64,000 nt of DNA from an uncultured Candidatus Saccharibacteria bacterium (GCA_964412585.1 CAYPPJ010000002.1:77720-141719); one strand, 5' to 3'; counted from the stretch's first letter, positions 29,101 through 39,963 are shown. Notes: generated from the sequence alone by a model not told the origin. Program-made: numbers and translations.

Positions 29101-30213
29101 ATGAAAAAAATATCCATTATTACCTGTGTGGCTATCATTATTATTGGTGTGTTGATCTGGAAAGGCCCCAATCAGGAAACGGTCATAAAAATTGGTGTCG
29201 TGGGACCATTTACCGGTAGCGCGGCTAGTTTTGGCGATCTGATGCAACGTGGGTTGGATTTGGGACTGGCATCGCTCACCGATGAACAGAAGTCGCGCAT
29301 TCAGATTATAAAAGAAGATGATGCGTGTAGTGGTAAGAATGCTGTCAGCGCGGTCAAAAAACTCATAGAGGTTGATAAGGTCAATTATATTATTGGCCCG
29401 CTATGTAACGAATCGACATTAGCGACAGAAACTTTATTTGAAGATAACAAGGTTATCTCAGTAAGCATTGGATTGCCCTCAAATAAGATTGCCGAGATGG
29501 GCCCGTACCATTTCTCGTTTTCTCCAGAGATTGAATATCTTATGAAGACGCTTTCGCAGAAAGTTATTGACGAAAATATGCACCGCGTAGCAGTAATCCA
29601 CATAACTTCTGCAATGGAAGAGGAGAACTACTCCAATTTTGTTAAGCACTTCAGGGAATTGGGCGGGGTTATTGTTGCTGACGAGGCGGCACCGAAGGGT
29701 GCAAGTGATTTTCGAGATCTTGTCCTGAAAGTAAAGCAGTCCAAGCCGGACGCGATCGTAATCATGGCGTATCGTGAAGGGGAATTGAACACATTACTTA
29801 AGCAATTATCTGATGCTGGCCTGGGAAATCTGCCGAAATTTGGCATCCATGCGGTTCAAACTCCTGCGGTTCTCAACGTGAAGGATCTTGCCGAGGGACT
29901 TATCTATCCGTATCCTGCCGACAAAACGGCGAATGAGTCGGCTGCTGCCTATGCACGCATGTATCGCGAGAAATATGATGCGGATCCAGATATTTCTTCC
30001 TCGAATACCTATGACTCACTGCGAATATTTGTCACTTCAATCGAGAAATGTGGCTATTCAAATAAAGAATGTGTACGTGATTCAATTGCACAGCTTAAGA
30101 ATTATCAAGGTGCCAACGGAAGCTTGTCACTTGATGAGAGAGGAGTGGGCACGTATAAGGAGATTATGTTGAAGGTGGTTCACGATGGAAAGTTTGAGAA
30201 ACTGCCCGAATAG
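29101..30213 (+). CDS. LivK-type substrate-binding protein (copy 5)
   Basis: TM anchor, IKIGVVGPFTG, EDDACSG, KLIEVDKVNYIIGPLC. Confidence 0.9.
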   Translation: MKKISIITCVAIIIIGVLIWKGPNQETVIKIGVVGPFTGSAASFGDLMQRGLDLGLASLTDEQKSRIQIIKEDDACSGKNAVSAVKKLIEVDKVNYIIGPLCNESTLATETLFEDNKVISVSIGLPSNKIAEMGPYHFSFSPEIEYLMKTLSQKVIDENMHRVAVIHITSAMEEENYSNFVKHFRELGGVIVADEAAPKGASDFRDLVLKVKQSKPDAIVIMAYREGELNTLLKQLSDAGLGNLPKFGIHAVQTPAVLNVKDLAEGLIYPYPADKTANESAAAYARMYREKYDADPDISSSNTYDSLRIFVTSIEKCGYSNKECVRDSIAQLKNYQGANGSLSLDERGVGTYKEIMLKVVHDGKFEKLPE

Positions 30214-30264
30214 TCTCGGGAGTGGGGAATGCGTCAGTGTGGCGAATTTGCTACAATTACCCCA

Positions 30265-32013
30265 ATGCTCATCGAAGACACCCAGCTCTATAAATTCATC
30301 CTCGACTCTGGCCTCGTCTCAAAAGAGGATCTTGAGAATGCCAAGAAGGAGGCTGACAAAAATGAGAAGCGTCTCGGTGATATTCTCGTGACTGCGGGCA
30401 AAATTACCGCGGACAATCTCCGCCGTATGGAAGCATACGTGCTCGGCATCCCCTTCGTTGACCTCAAAGGAAAGAAAATAGATTTCGATACACTCTCGCT
30501 TATTCCCGAGCCGATCGCGCGTGGTCACAACATTGTTCCATTTAAAAAGACCGATACTACCTTGGAAGTTGCCATGCTAGATGTGAACGATCTTTCAGCT
30601 ATCGATTTCATCAAAAAGAAAGTTAACCTCAAGATTCAGCCACGTCTGACTGATTCTGACTCTCTCAAAGAAGTCTTGGTGCAATATCAAAAGAGTTTGA
30701 AGGCGGAATTTGGCGACCTTATCCAAAAGGAAACCGCGACGCTCAAGACGATTGCGGAAGATAATGGAGAACCGGCATCTGAAGCCGACATGAAAAAGTT
30801 GGCCGAGGATCTGCCTGTGGTGCGTATTGTTGATACTTTGATCAAGCATGCAGCTATTCAGAATGCATCTGATATTCATATTGAACCGATGGATAATCAA
30901 GTGCTCGTTCGCTACCGTATTGATGGACTCCTACATGACGCGATGGTACTGCCGAAGCAGGCGGGCCCCTCTGTGTCTGCACGTATCAAGGTGCTTTCCA
31001 ACTTGAAGCTCGATGAAAAACGTTTGCCGCAGGACGGTCGTTTCAAGGTGGACATGAACAACGAAAAAGTGTCTTTCCGTGTCTCTATTTTGCCGACCTA
31101 TTATGGAGAAAAGATCGTTATGCGTCTCTTGCGTGAGAGTATTTCAGGATTTACGCTGGAGTATTTGAACTTTCATGGCGAAGGATTGGAGCGCATCCAT
31201 CACGCTCTCAAGCAAACAACGGGCATGATTCTGACTACGGGTCCGACTGGTTCCGGTAAAACCACGACGCTCTATACGATGCTGGATTTGCTCAACACAC
31301 CTGACGTAAATATTTCTACCATCGAAGATCCTATCGAATATCAGATCGGCCGCATCAATCAGACCCAGGTTCGTCCGGAGATTGGCTTCTCATTTGCACA
31401 GGGAATACGCACGCTCGTTCGTCAGGACCCAGATATCATCATGGTGGGTGAAATTCGTGATAATGAAACGGCCGCTTTGGCAGTGAACGCGTCGCTCACT
31501 GGTCACTTGGTGCTTTCCACCCTGCACACCAACAGTGCTGCTGGAGCAATTCCACGCCTTTTGGATATGGGAGTCGAGTCATTCTTGCTTGTTTCTACAC
31601 TCAACATTGTCATTGGCCAGCGTCTCGTCCGACGTCTCACTGATTCGAAGGAAAAGTATGATTTGAGCAAGGCTGAATATGCACAGCTTGAGAAAATCGT
31701 TGACATGAATCGTGTGCTCGATGCGTTGAAAGCTGACAAAATTGTAAAACCAAGTGATACCGTCAAGGATCTGACCTTCTGGAAAGCGGTTCCTGCGGGA
31801 GATGATGATGGGTTCAAGGGTCGTGTTGGTATCCACGAGATTCTCAAAGTGAATCAAACTATCAAAGATTTAGTCATGAAGAATGCCACGGCTTCAGAGA
31901 TTGAGGCTCAGGCAAAGAAGGAGGGAATGCTCACGATGTTGGAAGATGGTATCTACAAATGTGTTGCGGGTATGACGACGATTGAAGAGGTGCTTCGTGT
32001 GGTCTCAGAGTAG
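30265..32013 (+). CDS. pilB: Type IV pilus assembly ATPase PilB/GspE
   Basis: ASDIHIEP, RLPQDGR, GPTGSGKTTT, IEDPIE, RQDPDIIMVGEIRD. Confidence 0.95.
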   Translation: MLIEDTQLYKFILDSGLVSKEDLENAKKEADKNEKRLGDILVTAGKITADNLRRMEAYVLGIPFVDLKGKKIDFDTLSLIPEPIARGHNIVPFKKTDTTLEVAMLDVNDLSAIDFIKKKVNLKIQPRLTDSDSLKEVLVQYQKSLKAEFGDLIQKETATLKTIAEDNGEPASEADMKKLAEDLPVVRIVDTLIKHAAIQNASDIHIEPMDNQVLVRYRIDGLLHDAMVLPKQAGPSVSARIKVLSNLKLDEKRLPQDGRFKVDMNNEKVSFRVSILPTYYGEKIVMRLLRESISGFTLEYLNFHGEGLERIHHALKQTTGMILTTGPTGSGKTTTLYTMLDLLNTPDVNISTIEDPIEYQIGRINQTQVRPEIGFSFAQGIRTLVRQDPDIIMVGEIRDNETAALAVNASLTGHLVLSTLHTNSAAGAIPRLLDMGVESFLLVSTLNIVIGQRLVRRLTDSKEKYDLSKAEYAQLEKIVDMNRVLDALKADKIVKPSDTVKDLTFWKAVPAGDDDGFKGRVGIHEILKVNQTIKDLVMKNATASEIEAQAKKEGMLTMLEDGIYKCVAGMTTIEEVLRVVSE

Positions 32014-32036
32014 TAAATAGCGTAAACTTATACCAA

Positions 32037-33257
32037 ATGTCCCATTTTGTTTTTAAAGCCAAGAAATCTACCGGCGAAATATATTCGAGCGAGAAGGACG
32101 TGGCTGACCGCTACGAACTCTACAAGCTCGTGCGCGAGAGTGGAGATGAGATTGTTGAGATACGCGAAACTGCATCATCGAAGGGTTTGCATAGGGAAAT
32201 TTCATTTGGAGGACTCCTAAGTCGAGTCAAGATGATTGAAAAGATCAACTTTGCTCGCAATCTCGGCTCAATGCTTGAGGCTGGCCTCGCACTCTCACGC
32301 GCGCTGTCGGTCTTGGAACGCCAGGCACGTAATAAAACCTTCAAAAAAATAATTGGCGATCTTATCATTGAAATCAGTAAAGGCTCAACACTTTCTGATT
32401 CCATGGCGAAGTATCCGAAAGCATTTAACAAACTCTTCGTATCTATGGTTCGTGCAGGTGAGCAGAGCGGTACGTTGTCTGATTCGCTCAAAGTGATTTC
32501 GGTGCAGATGGACAAGAGTTTTACACTTGAGCGCAAAGTTAAGGGTGCACTTATTTACCCCGGTGTGATTATGTGTGCAATGGTGCTCATCGCTATATTG
32601 ATGTTCACCTTTGTTGTCCCTACATTGACCAAGACATTCGTCGAGCTCAATGTGACTCTACCTTTGAGTACTCGTATTGTCCTTGGTATCAGTGATGTAT
32701 TCCAAAACTATGGGATCATTGTCTTTTTACTCATACTAATACTAGCGGGGATTTTTAGATGGTGGACAAAAACTGCCTCAGGGAAACACATTCTTCATGC
32801 TGCGGTTTTGAAGATACCTATCATAGGCTCTCTTGTCCAAGAAATTAACACAGCTCGTACTGCGCGCACTCTGTCGTCGCTTCTCGGCTCTGGAGTTGAT
32901 GTGGTGGAGTCCGTAAATATCACTGCGGGAGTTATTCAAAATGTACATTTCCGTGCGGTCCTGGAAAAGGCCCGTGAAGCTATAAAAAAAGGAGAATTGA
33001 TGTCAAAAGTATTTGCCGAGGCGGACAAGCTGTATCCAGTTTTCTTGTCTGAGATGATGAGCGTGGGTGAAGAGACGGGTAAGACGGGAGAGATGTTGAT
33101 TGGTGTCGCGCATTATTACGAGGATGATGTTGAACAAAAGACCAAGGACATGTCGACTGTTATTGAGCCATTTTTGATGATTATCATCGCAGCAGCGGTC
33201 GGGTTCTTTGCTATCTCGATGATCTCACCAATGTACTCGCTTGTCGACGCGGTTTAA
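32037..33257 (+). CDS. pilC: Type IV pilus platform protein PilC/GspF
   Basis: Duplicated GspF domains (AGEQSGTL, VGEETG, IEPFLM). Confidence 0.94.
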   Translation: MSHFVFKAKKSTGEIYSSEKDVADRYELYKLVRESGDEIVEIRETASSKGLHREISFGGLLSRVKMIEKINFARNLGSMLEAGLALSRALSVLERQARNKTFKKIIGDLIIEISKGSTLSDSMAKYPKAFNKLFVSMVRAGEQSGTLSDSLKVISVQMDKSFTLERKVKGALIYPGVIMCAMVLIAILMFTFVVPTLTKTFVELNVTLPLSTRIVLGISDVFQNYGIIVFLLILILAGIFRWWTKTASGKHILHAAVLKIPIIGSLVQEINTARTARTLSSLLGSGVDVVESVNITAGVIQNVHFRAVLEKAREAIKKGELMSKVFAEADKLYPVFLSEMMSVGEETGKTGEMLIGVAHYYEDDVEQKTKDMSTVIEPFLMIIIAAAVGFFAISMISPMYSLVDAV

Positions 33258-33260
33258 TAC

Positions 33261-35051
33261 ATGAGACGTAATCTATATAATGCATTTACACTCGTAGAAG
33301 TACTTGTCGGTGCGGCTGTCTTTTTGGTCATTGCTTTGGCCGCATATAATGGATATGCCAGTCTCTTTAAATTAGTTAATGCCAGTCAAACAAAAATTAC
33401 TGCACTGAACCTCGCAAATGAGCAGTTTGAAATAGCGCGCAACATACCTTATTCGGACGTAGGTATTGTAGGTGGTATTCCAAAAGGGAAGTTGTCACAC
33501 GTCCAGACGTTAAATCGAGGCGGAATAAACTTTACTGTTACGACGACGGTACGCAACCTTGATTTACCTTTCGACGGCACCATCGGAGGAAATCCAAATG
33601 ACTTGTCCCCAGCAGATAACAAACTTGTTGATATCACAGTTTCTTGTAGCGTGTGTGTCAATTTCAAACCAATCAGTTTGACCGGTCAGGTAGCTCCCAA
33701 AAACCTTGAGACTGCCTCTAATAATGGGGCACTTTTCGTCCGTGTTTTTGATGCCAATGGTCAGCCGGTTCAGGGAGCGTCGGTTCATATTGTGAATGTC
33801 GCGACGTCTACTACAATCATCATCGATGATGTCACTGATTCAACCGGCATGTTGCAAATAGTTGATGTTCCTCCAGGCACCAACGCATATCGTATTACTG
33901 TTTCTAAATCGGGATATTCTACAGATCGCACATATCCACAAGGTGGCACTGACAATCCATCACCATCAAAACCGGATGCGACGGTATTACTTCAGCAGGT
34001 TACTCAAGTGAGTTTTGCTATAGACCGACTCAGTAGTGTGGCCGTTGCGAGCGTGACGCCGCTCTGTGTCGTCGTGCCAAGTTTCGATTTTGCCTTGGTT
34101 GGGTCAAAACTTATTGGCACAAATGTGCCGAAGTTTTCACAGAATATGGTTACAGATGGTGGGGGATTATTGAATCTTACAAATAATATGGAATGGGACA
34201 CGTATACAGTTATTCCTACCGATACGGCATATGATATTGCTGGTCTGAATCCGCTCAATCCGGCGACACTCAATGCAAATTCATCTCAACAAATCCAAAT
34301 TATCGCAATCCCGCGCAATCCTCGCAGTATTCTAGTTACCGTCAAGGATAGTGCAACTCAGTTACCGATATCTGATGCGCAAGTGACTCTTTCAAAGTCG
34401 GGATGGAGTAGTACCCTGACCACCGGTAAAGGATTTATAAACCAGACAGATTGGTCGGGAGGGAGCGGTCAAGCCTCATGGTCAAATACCACAAAATATT
34501 GGGCGGATAGCAGTGGGCTCGATGTGACGACGGTTCCGGGAGTGGTGACACTCGGTCTGGCTTTTGGCTCGTACAATCCATCCGGGTCGTTGCAGTCATC
34601 AACTTTCGATACTGGTTCACCGAGTAATTTTTATACACTGACATGGTCTCCAACCGATCAGCCGGTTGCCGCAGGAACCAATTCAGTAAAATTACAAATC
34701 GCTACCGCAAGCACATCTTCACCATACGACTGGCTCTACTTTGGACCAGATGGAACATCGGCTACCTACTATACTGTCCCAAATACACCAATTCATTCTA
34801 TACACTCAGGTGATCGTTATCTCCGCTACAAGGCCTATCTATCCACCGATACGGCAACATCAACGCCGAGCATTACCGATGTTGCATTCACATTTACTTC
34901 GTCGTGTACTCCTCCAGGCCAGGTCATATTTCCAGGATTATCTTCAGGCTCATACCATGTACACGTCACCAAGACGGGGTATTCTGACTTTGATTATGAT
35001 GTCTCGGCCGCCTCAAATTGGCAGGAGGTACAGGCAGTCATGACCCCATAA
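33261..35051 (+). CDS. Large prepilin with carboxypeptidase-regulatory-like (Ig-like) domains
   Basis: AFTLVEVLV class III signal; VRVFDANGQPVQGASV, YRITVSKSGY. Confidence 0.85.
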   Translation: MRRNLYNAFTLVEVLVGAAVFLVIALAAYNGYASLFKLVNASQTKITALNLANEQFEIARNIPYSDVGIVGGIPKGKLSHVQTLNRGGINFTVTTTVRNLDLPFDGTIGGNPNDLSPADNKLVDITVSCSVCVNFKPISLTGQVAPKNLETASNNGALFVRVFDANGQPVQGASVHIVNVATSTTIIIDDVTDSTGMLQIVDVPPGTNAYRITVSKSGYSTDRTYPQGGTDNPSPSKPDATVLLQQVTQVSFAIDRLSSVAVASVTPLCVVVPSFDFALVGSKLIGTNVPKFSQNMVTDGGGLLNLTNNMEWDTYTVIPTDTAYDIAGLNPLNPATLNANSSQQIQIIAIPRNPRSILVTVKDSATQLPISDAQVTLSKSGWSSTLTTGKGFINQTDWSGGSGQASWSNTTKYWADSSGLDVTTVPGVVTLGLAFGSYNPSGSLQSSTFDTGSPSNFYTLTWSPTDQPVAAGTNSVKLQIATASTSSPYDWLYFGPDGTSATYYTVPNTPIHSIHSGDRYLRYKAYLSTDTATSTPSITDVAFTFTSSCTPPGQVIFPGLSSGSYHVHVTKTGYSDFDYDVSAASNWQEVQAVMTP

Positions 35052-35076
35052 GTGAAAGAATGGTACAATACTACTC

Positions 35077-35688
35077 ATGAGGGGATTTACGCTCGTTGAA
35101 GTAATATCAACTATTGCCATCTTGGCGGTTATCATGCTTGCTGTGGGTGCATTTCAGTATGATGTTCTTAATTATAATAGGGTAGGAAGTGTAACGCTGA
35201 CAAATATCCAGGAAGTGCAGGCCATTTTAAAGACGATGACACGAGAACTGCGTTCAATGGAATCGGGTGGCGATGGAGCGTATCCTATTGTTGCTGCGTC
35301 TACGAGTACGATTACATTCTATGCCGACGTCAATCATGACAATCTGAAAGAAAAGATTCGTTACTACATAGGAACCACTACATCAACAGTGAATAAAATT
35401 TATCGCGGAGTTATAAATCCAACAGGATCGCCTGCGGTATACAATGCAAATACTGAGACCTTTAAAATATTGGTGACCGGCGTACGACCTTCCACCACAA
35501 CCCCACTATTTCAATATTTTGATGGGATGTATTCAGGTACATCAACACCGATGACGTACCCGCTCAACCTGACATCAATTCGACTTGTAAAAATTACTAT
35601 TCCGATAGACACCGATCCAAATCGATCGCCTATTATACGAGTGTTCACTACTCAGGCCGAGCTTCGTAACCTCAAAGATAATTTATGA
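35077..35688 (+). CDS. Minor pilin (PilW/PulJ-like)
   Basis: GFTLVEV N-methylation motif; ends ELRNL. Confidence 0.87.
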   Translation: MRGFTLVEVISTIAILAVIMLAVGAFQYDVLNYNRVGSVTLTNIQEVQAILKTMTRELRSMESGGDGAYPIVAASTSTITFYADVNHDNLKEKIRYYIGTTTSTVNKIYRGVINPTGSPAVYNANTETFKILVTGVRPSTTTPLFQYFDGMYSGTSTPMTYPLNLTSIRLVKITIPIDTDPNRSPIIRVFTTQAELRNLKDNL

Positions 35689-37178
35689 AGCAAAATCTGT
35701 TGAAAAAAATATATTTACATACAAAAAATAGTACAGGTATCATTCTTGTAAATGTGCTTATATTTGCCGCGATCGCCATCAGTGTGACGAGTGGCTTGGT
35801 AGGCTGGGGTGCGACGGTGCTCAAAACGACTCGCACACTCGATTCTCGCGAACAGGCATTTCAGATTGCCGAGGCGGGAATCGAATACTATCGTTGGCAC
35901 TTGGCTCATGCGCCGACTGACTATCGCGATGGTACCAACGGATCTGGGCCTTATGTGCACAGTGTGAAAGATGCTGATGGTGACACGATCGGTCAATACT
36001 CACTTACGATCACGGCACCACCTGTCGGATCGACGATCGTCAAAGTCCGTTCGACGGGCACTCTGACATCTGACCCTTCGATCTCGAGGACGATATTGGC
36101 AACCTTGGCTATTCCATCTCTGGCTAAGTATGCCGTTGTTGCCAATCAGAATATGCGCTTTGGTGAGGGTACAGAGGTGTTTGGGCCGATACATTCGAAC
36201 GCCGGTGTTCGTTTCGACGGTGTCAGTCACAACCTGATTACAAGTTCAGTGTCTTCCTACAATGACCCTGATAGTGATGATTGTAACAACAACAATTCAT
36301 TTGGCGTACATACGTGCATCAATCCAGATGACCCTTCTCCGCCAGCTGCCGTACCGAGCCGTCCTGATGTATTCATGGCGGGGCGACAATTTCCGGTTCA
36401 GTCCTATGATTTTAATGGTCTAACGATCGATCTGTCGCAGATGAAAACTAATGCCCAATCAAATGGTGTATACCTTCCTGCGTCAGGGTCCCAAGGCTAC
36501 CATATTGTGCTAAAAACAAATGATACGTTTGATGTGTACAAGGTTACCGCTTTGCAGTCGGCCCCCAACAACTGTACGAATAGCAACAACCAGACAGATT
36601 GGGGAACGTGGAGTGTAAAGACGCAAGTACACCCTGTCTCGGGAGCGAATAATTCACCACAGAACTATGCATTTCCTGCTAATGGCGTTATTTTCGTCGA
36701 AGATCATGTGTGGGTTGATGGTGCCGTCAATGGGGCACGTCTGTCGATTGCGGCAGGGAAGTTTCCTGATAACACCTCGACCCGAAAGGACATCATGATA
36801 AATAATGACCTTACTTATACAAGTTACGATGGTACTGATGTCGTTTCTCTTGTTGCACAGAGAAATGTCACTACGGGATTATTCAGTGACGACAATCTTC
36901 GTGTTGATGCGGCACTTGTGGCGCAAAATGGCAGGGTGGGGCGCTTCTACTATGATTCGGATTGCAAATCAGGAGGCACCAACTACTACAACAGAAATTC
37001 GTTGACACTGTATGGCATGATTGCGACCAATCAGCGTTATGGGTTTGCGTATACTGATGGTACTGGCTACGACACGCGAAATATCATCTATGATAGCAAC
37101 TTGTTGTATGGTCCACCCCCATCATTTCCGCTGACCTCAAGTCAGTATCAGACCATTTCTTGGCAGGAAGTACAGTAG
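35685..37178 (+). CDS. PilX-like minor pilin with large C-terminal domain
   Basis: GIILVNVL, QAFQIAEAGIEY; ends SWQEV. Confidence 0.8.
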   Translation: MKQNLLKKIYLHTKNSTGIILVNVLIFAAIAISVTSGLVGWGATVLKTTRTLDSREQAFQIAEAGIEYYRWHLAHAPTDYRDGTNGSGPYVHSVKDADGDTIGQYSLTITAPPVGSTIVKVRSTGTLTSDPSISRTILATLAIPSLAKYAVVANQNMRFGEGTEVFGPIHSNAGVRFDGVSHNLITSSVSSYNDPDSDDCNNNNSFGVHTCINPDDPSPPAAVPSRPDVFMAGRQFPVQSYDFNGLTIDLSQMKTNAQSNGVYLPASGSQGYHIVLKTNDTFDVYKVTALQSAPNNCTNSNNQTDWGTWSVKTQVHPVSGANNSPQNYAFPANGVIFVEDHVWVDGAVNGARLSIAAGKFPDNTSTRKDIMINNDLTYTSYDGTDVVSLVAQRNVTTGLFSDDNLRVDAALVAQNGRVGRFYYDSDCKSGGTNYYNRNSLTLYGMIATNQRYGFAYTDGTGYDTRNIIYDSNLLYGPPPSFPLTSSQYQTISWQEVQ

Positions 37179-37214
37179 CGGGAGAATTATCTCAAGGTTT
37201 GGTACAATATCTGC

Positions 37215-37979
37215 ATGTCAAAAAAACTTATTATCGGCAACTGGAAGATGAACCCAGCGACGCTCGATGAGGCCAAGAATATTATTCGTAAGACGCGAGC
37301 AGCTGCTGGCAAGCTTCAGCATACACAAGTAGTAGCTTGTCCTCCGTATGTGTTCATTCCAGCCGCGATTTCAAAACGAGATACCGAAACACTCGAAGTC
37401 GGTGCCCAAACTGTCTCGTTTGAAGAGGGGGGTCCCCATACAGGAGATGTCAGTGCTTCAATGCTCAAAAATCTCGGTGTTCGCTATGTGATTGTCGGTC
37501 ATTCTGAGGAGCGTGCGGCCGGTGATACGGATGAGATGGTCTCAAAGCGTGTTAAAGCAGTCGTTGAGGCAGGTATGAAGGCCGTGTTGTGTGTTGGTGA
37601 AAAGGTGCACGATGAGGGTGGCGCATATCTCAATGCTCTTACAGACCAGATCAAAAATAGTCTTGCTGGCGTACCTGCGCATCTTGCAAAAAATATCGTG
37701 TTAGCCTATGAGCCTATTTGGGCGATTGGAGCAAAGGAGGCAATGCAATCACAGCAGATTCATGAGACGTCTCTTTTTGTGCGCAAAACATTCTCAGATG
37801 TATTTAGTCAAAATCAGGCCATGAAGGCGCTGGTACTCTATGGTGGTTCAGTCAATTTCCGTAACGCTCATGAAATTATGACTATTGGCAAAGTCGATGG
37901 GCTTTTGGTTGGGCGTGAGAGCGTCAATATTCCTGGGTTTGTAGAGTTGTTAAAAGCGGTTGATGCGATTACTGATTAA
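37215..37979 (+). CDS. tpiA: Triosephosphate isomerase
   Basis: GNWKMN, VGHSE, AYEPIWAIG, LYGGSV. Confidence 0.96.
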   Translation: MSKKLIIGNWKMNPATLDEAKNIIRKTRAAAGKLQHTQVVACPPYVFIPAAISKRDTETLEVGAQTVSFEEGGPHTGDVSASMLKNLGVRYVIVGHSEERAAGDTDEMVSKRVKAVVEAGMKAVLCVGEKVHDEGGAYLNALTDQIKNSLAGVPAHLAKNIVLAYEPIWAIGAKEAMQSQQIHETSLFVRKTFSDVFSQNQAMKALVLYGGSVNFRNAHEIMTIGKVDGLLVGRESVNIPGFVELLKAVDAITD

Positions 37980-37980
37980 T

Positions 37981-39135
37981 ATGAAAACAATCCGCGATAT
38001 TGAATATGTTGATGGAGTAAAGGTGCTCGTACGCGCCGATTTTAATGTGCCTATCAAGAAGGGGGCAGTGGGAGACGATTTTCGTATTCGTGCGGCACTG
38101 CCGACTATTGATTATTTGAGTAAAAAAGGCGCAGTTGTTATTTTGATAAGTCATCTCGAGTCTATTGATGGTGAAAACCCTTCGCTGGCGCCAGTTGCAA
38201 AGCATTTGGAGAAGCTCGGTCTCGCCGTAACTTTTATTAAAGACTTCAAAAATGCTCATCAGGTTATTGAGGCGGGGATTAAAGCAAAGAAAGCCGGAAG
38301 CGGTGTTATTTTTCTCCTCGAGAATCTGCGTTTTTCAGAGGGTGAAAAGAACAATGATCCAAAGTTTGCCAATGACCTCTCGTCGCTTGCTGATATTTAT
38401 GTGAATGAGGCGTTTCCTGTGTCTCATCGCGCGCATGCATCTATTGTTGGTATTCCTAAATTTTTACCAAGTTATGCTGGACTGCAGTTCGAAAAAGAAG
38501 TCACCCATCTTTCAAAAGCTTTTACGCCTGGCCACCCATTCGTATTTGTCCTTGGTGGTGCAAAATTCGATACGAAACTTCCGCTGATCGCCCGTTTTTC
38601 AACAATGGCAGACACCATTTTTCTTGGAGGAGCTTTGGGAAATGACGCCTTGCTCGCAAAGGGGATTTCAGTCGGTGCCTCAAAGGTTTCAAATGGTACC
38701 GTTGATATTTCAGTCATGGTCAGTCAGTCGAATATTATTGTGCCAATTGATGCCACTATTCAGGATCATTCGGCAAAAGAGATCGGTACTATCGGTGAGA
38801 AAGATGCCATTCTTGATGCGGGCCCAAAGACGCTTAAGTTGGTTGAAGCAAAGATTATGGCTGCGAAGTTCATTCTCTGGAATGGACCGCTGGGCCCCTA
38901 TGAAGATGGATATGTAGAGGGTACAGAGTCTGTGGCGAAGATGATTGCCGACCGTACGCAGGCTGATAAGGACGTTGTTTCGATGGTTGGTGGGGGAGAT
39001 ACTTTGGCGGCTATTGCCAATCTGGGTATTGAAGATAAGTTCACTTTTGTTTCTTCGGGAGGCGGCGCGATGCTTGATTTTCTCGCAAAGGGGACTCTGC
39101 CAGGGATTGAGGCGTTGGGGAGTTCGGGAAATTAA
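37981..39135 (+). CDS. pgk: Phosphoglycerate kinase
   Basis: RADFNVP, LLENLRF, GGAK, WNGPLG, GGGDT, SSGGGA. Confidence 0.95.
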   Translation: MKTIRDIEYVDGVKVLVRADFNVPIKKGAVGDDFRIRAALPTIDYLSKKGAVVILISHLESIDGENPSLAPVAKHLEKLGLAVTFIKDFKNAHQVIEAGIKAKKAGSGVIFLLENLRFSEGEKNNDPKFANDLSSLADIYVNEAFPVSHRAHASIVGIPKFLPSYAGLQFEKEVTHLSKAFTPGHPFVFVLGGAKFDTKLPLIARFSTMADTIFLGGALGNDALLAKGISVGASKVSNGTVDISVMVSQSNIIVPIDATIQDHSAKEIGTIGEKDAILDAGPKTLKLVEAKIMAAKFILWNGPLGPYEDGYVEGTESVAKMIADRTQADKDVVSMVGGGDTLAAIANLGIEDKFTFVSSGGGAMLDFLAKGTLPGIEALGSSGN

Positions 39136-39161
39136 CTACATAAAAGCCCCAGGAGGGGCTT

Positions 39162-39596
39162 TTATTTTGTGAATAAATCGGGGTTATTTTCTATGAGATT
39201 TTTGATATAGTCTCTCATCTTTCGGTGGAACTCTATATCTGTTCCTTTAAGATCAGGGACTTCCCAGTAGACGAATTTTGGATGAGAGGAAAGATACGAA
39301 GGAATATTTTCTGGTTCTGCCATGACAATGATTCTATCAACGTCAGCTAGCATACCTTCTTCAAGCTGGGTCCGTAGGCTTTTTGAATGGTCAATTCCAA
39401 TTTCTTCTAGTACCGAAAGAACTTTTTCTGCGCCGGGAGTTTCTTTGAGAAGGGTGCCGTGGCGACTGATACCATCTTTACTTACCACTTTTGTTCCTGC
39501 TGAAAATACGTGAGCGGTTGGCACCATGTGCCTAAACAGTGCTTCGGCCACTTGGCTCCTTCCAATATTTGCCCTGCATACGAATAAAATTTTCAT
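39162..39596 (-). CDS. Low-molecular-weight phosphatase / ArsC family
   Basis: ILFVCRANIGRSQ (CX5R) motif. Confidence 0.88.
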   Translation of the reverse strand: MKILFVCRANIGRSQVAEALFRHMVPTAHVFSAGTKVVSKDGISRHGTLLKETPGAEKVLSVLEEIGIDHSKSLRTQLEEGMLADVDRIIVMAEPENIPSYLSSHPKFVYWEVPDLKGTDIEFHRKMRDYIKNLIENNPDLFTK

Positions 39597-39600
39597 CTGA

Positions 39601-39963
39601 TTATTGTAGTGCGGCAATCATTTTCTCCTTATTTCCCTCAAAATCATTTTTGTCTCCCGCCGTCTTATCACTCGGAAATACCCAGATGTGGGCATGATGG
39701 ATTTCTTCGCCAACAATCTTGCTCAAAATATGTTCTTGGCCGAACGCCTTTCTCTGGGCCAGTGCAACTTTGCTGACCACATCAAAATAACCAGCGAGAT
39801 TGGTAACATCCCAAACCCAGCGGTAGTGTTTTTTTGGAATGACGAGTGCGTGCCCAGGTGATAGGGGACGAATGTCGAGAAAGGCCATGAATTCGTCATT
39901 TTCATAGATGATGTGGGCAGGGATTTCTTTGGTGACAATCTTGCAGAAGATGCAGGAGTTCAT
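39601..39963 (-). CDS. HIT-family hydrolase
   Basis: CIFCKI, FLDIRP.SPGHALVIPKKH, HAHIW. Confidence 0.92.
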   Translation of the reverse strand: MNSCIFCKIVTKEIPAHIIYENDEFMAFLDIRPLSPGHALVIPKKHYRWVWDVTNLAGYFDVVSKVALAQRKAFGQEHILSKIVGEEIHHAHIWVFPSDKTAGDKNDFEGNKEKMIAALQ

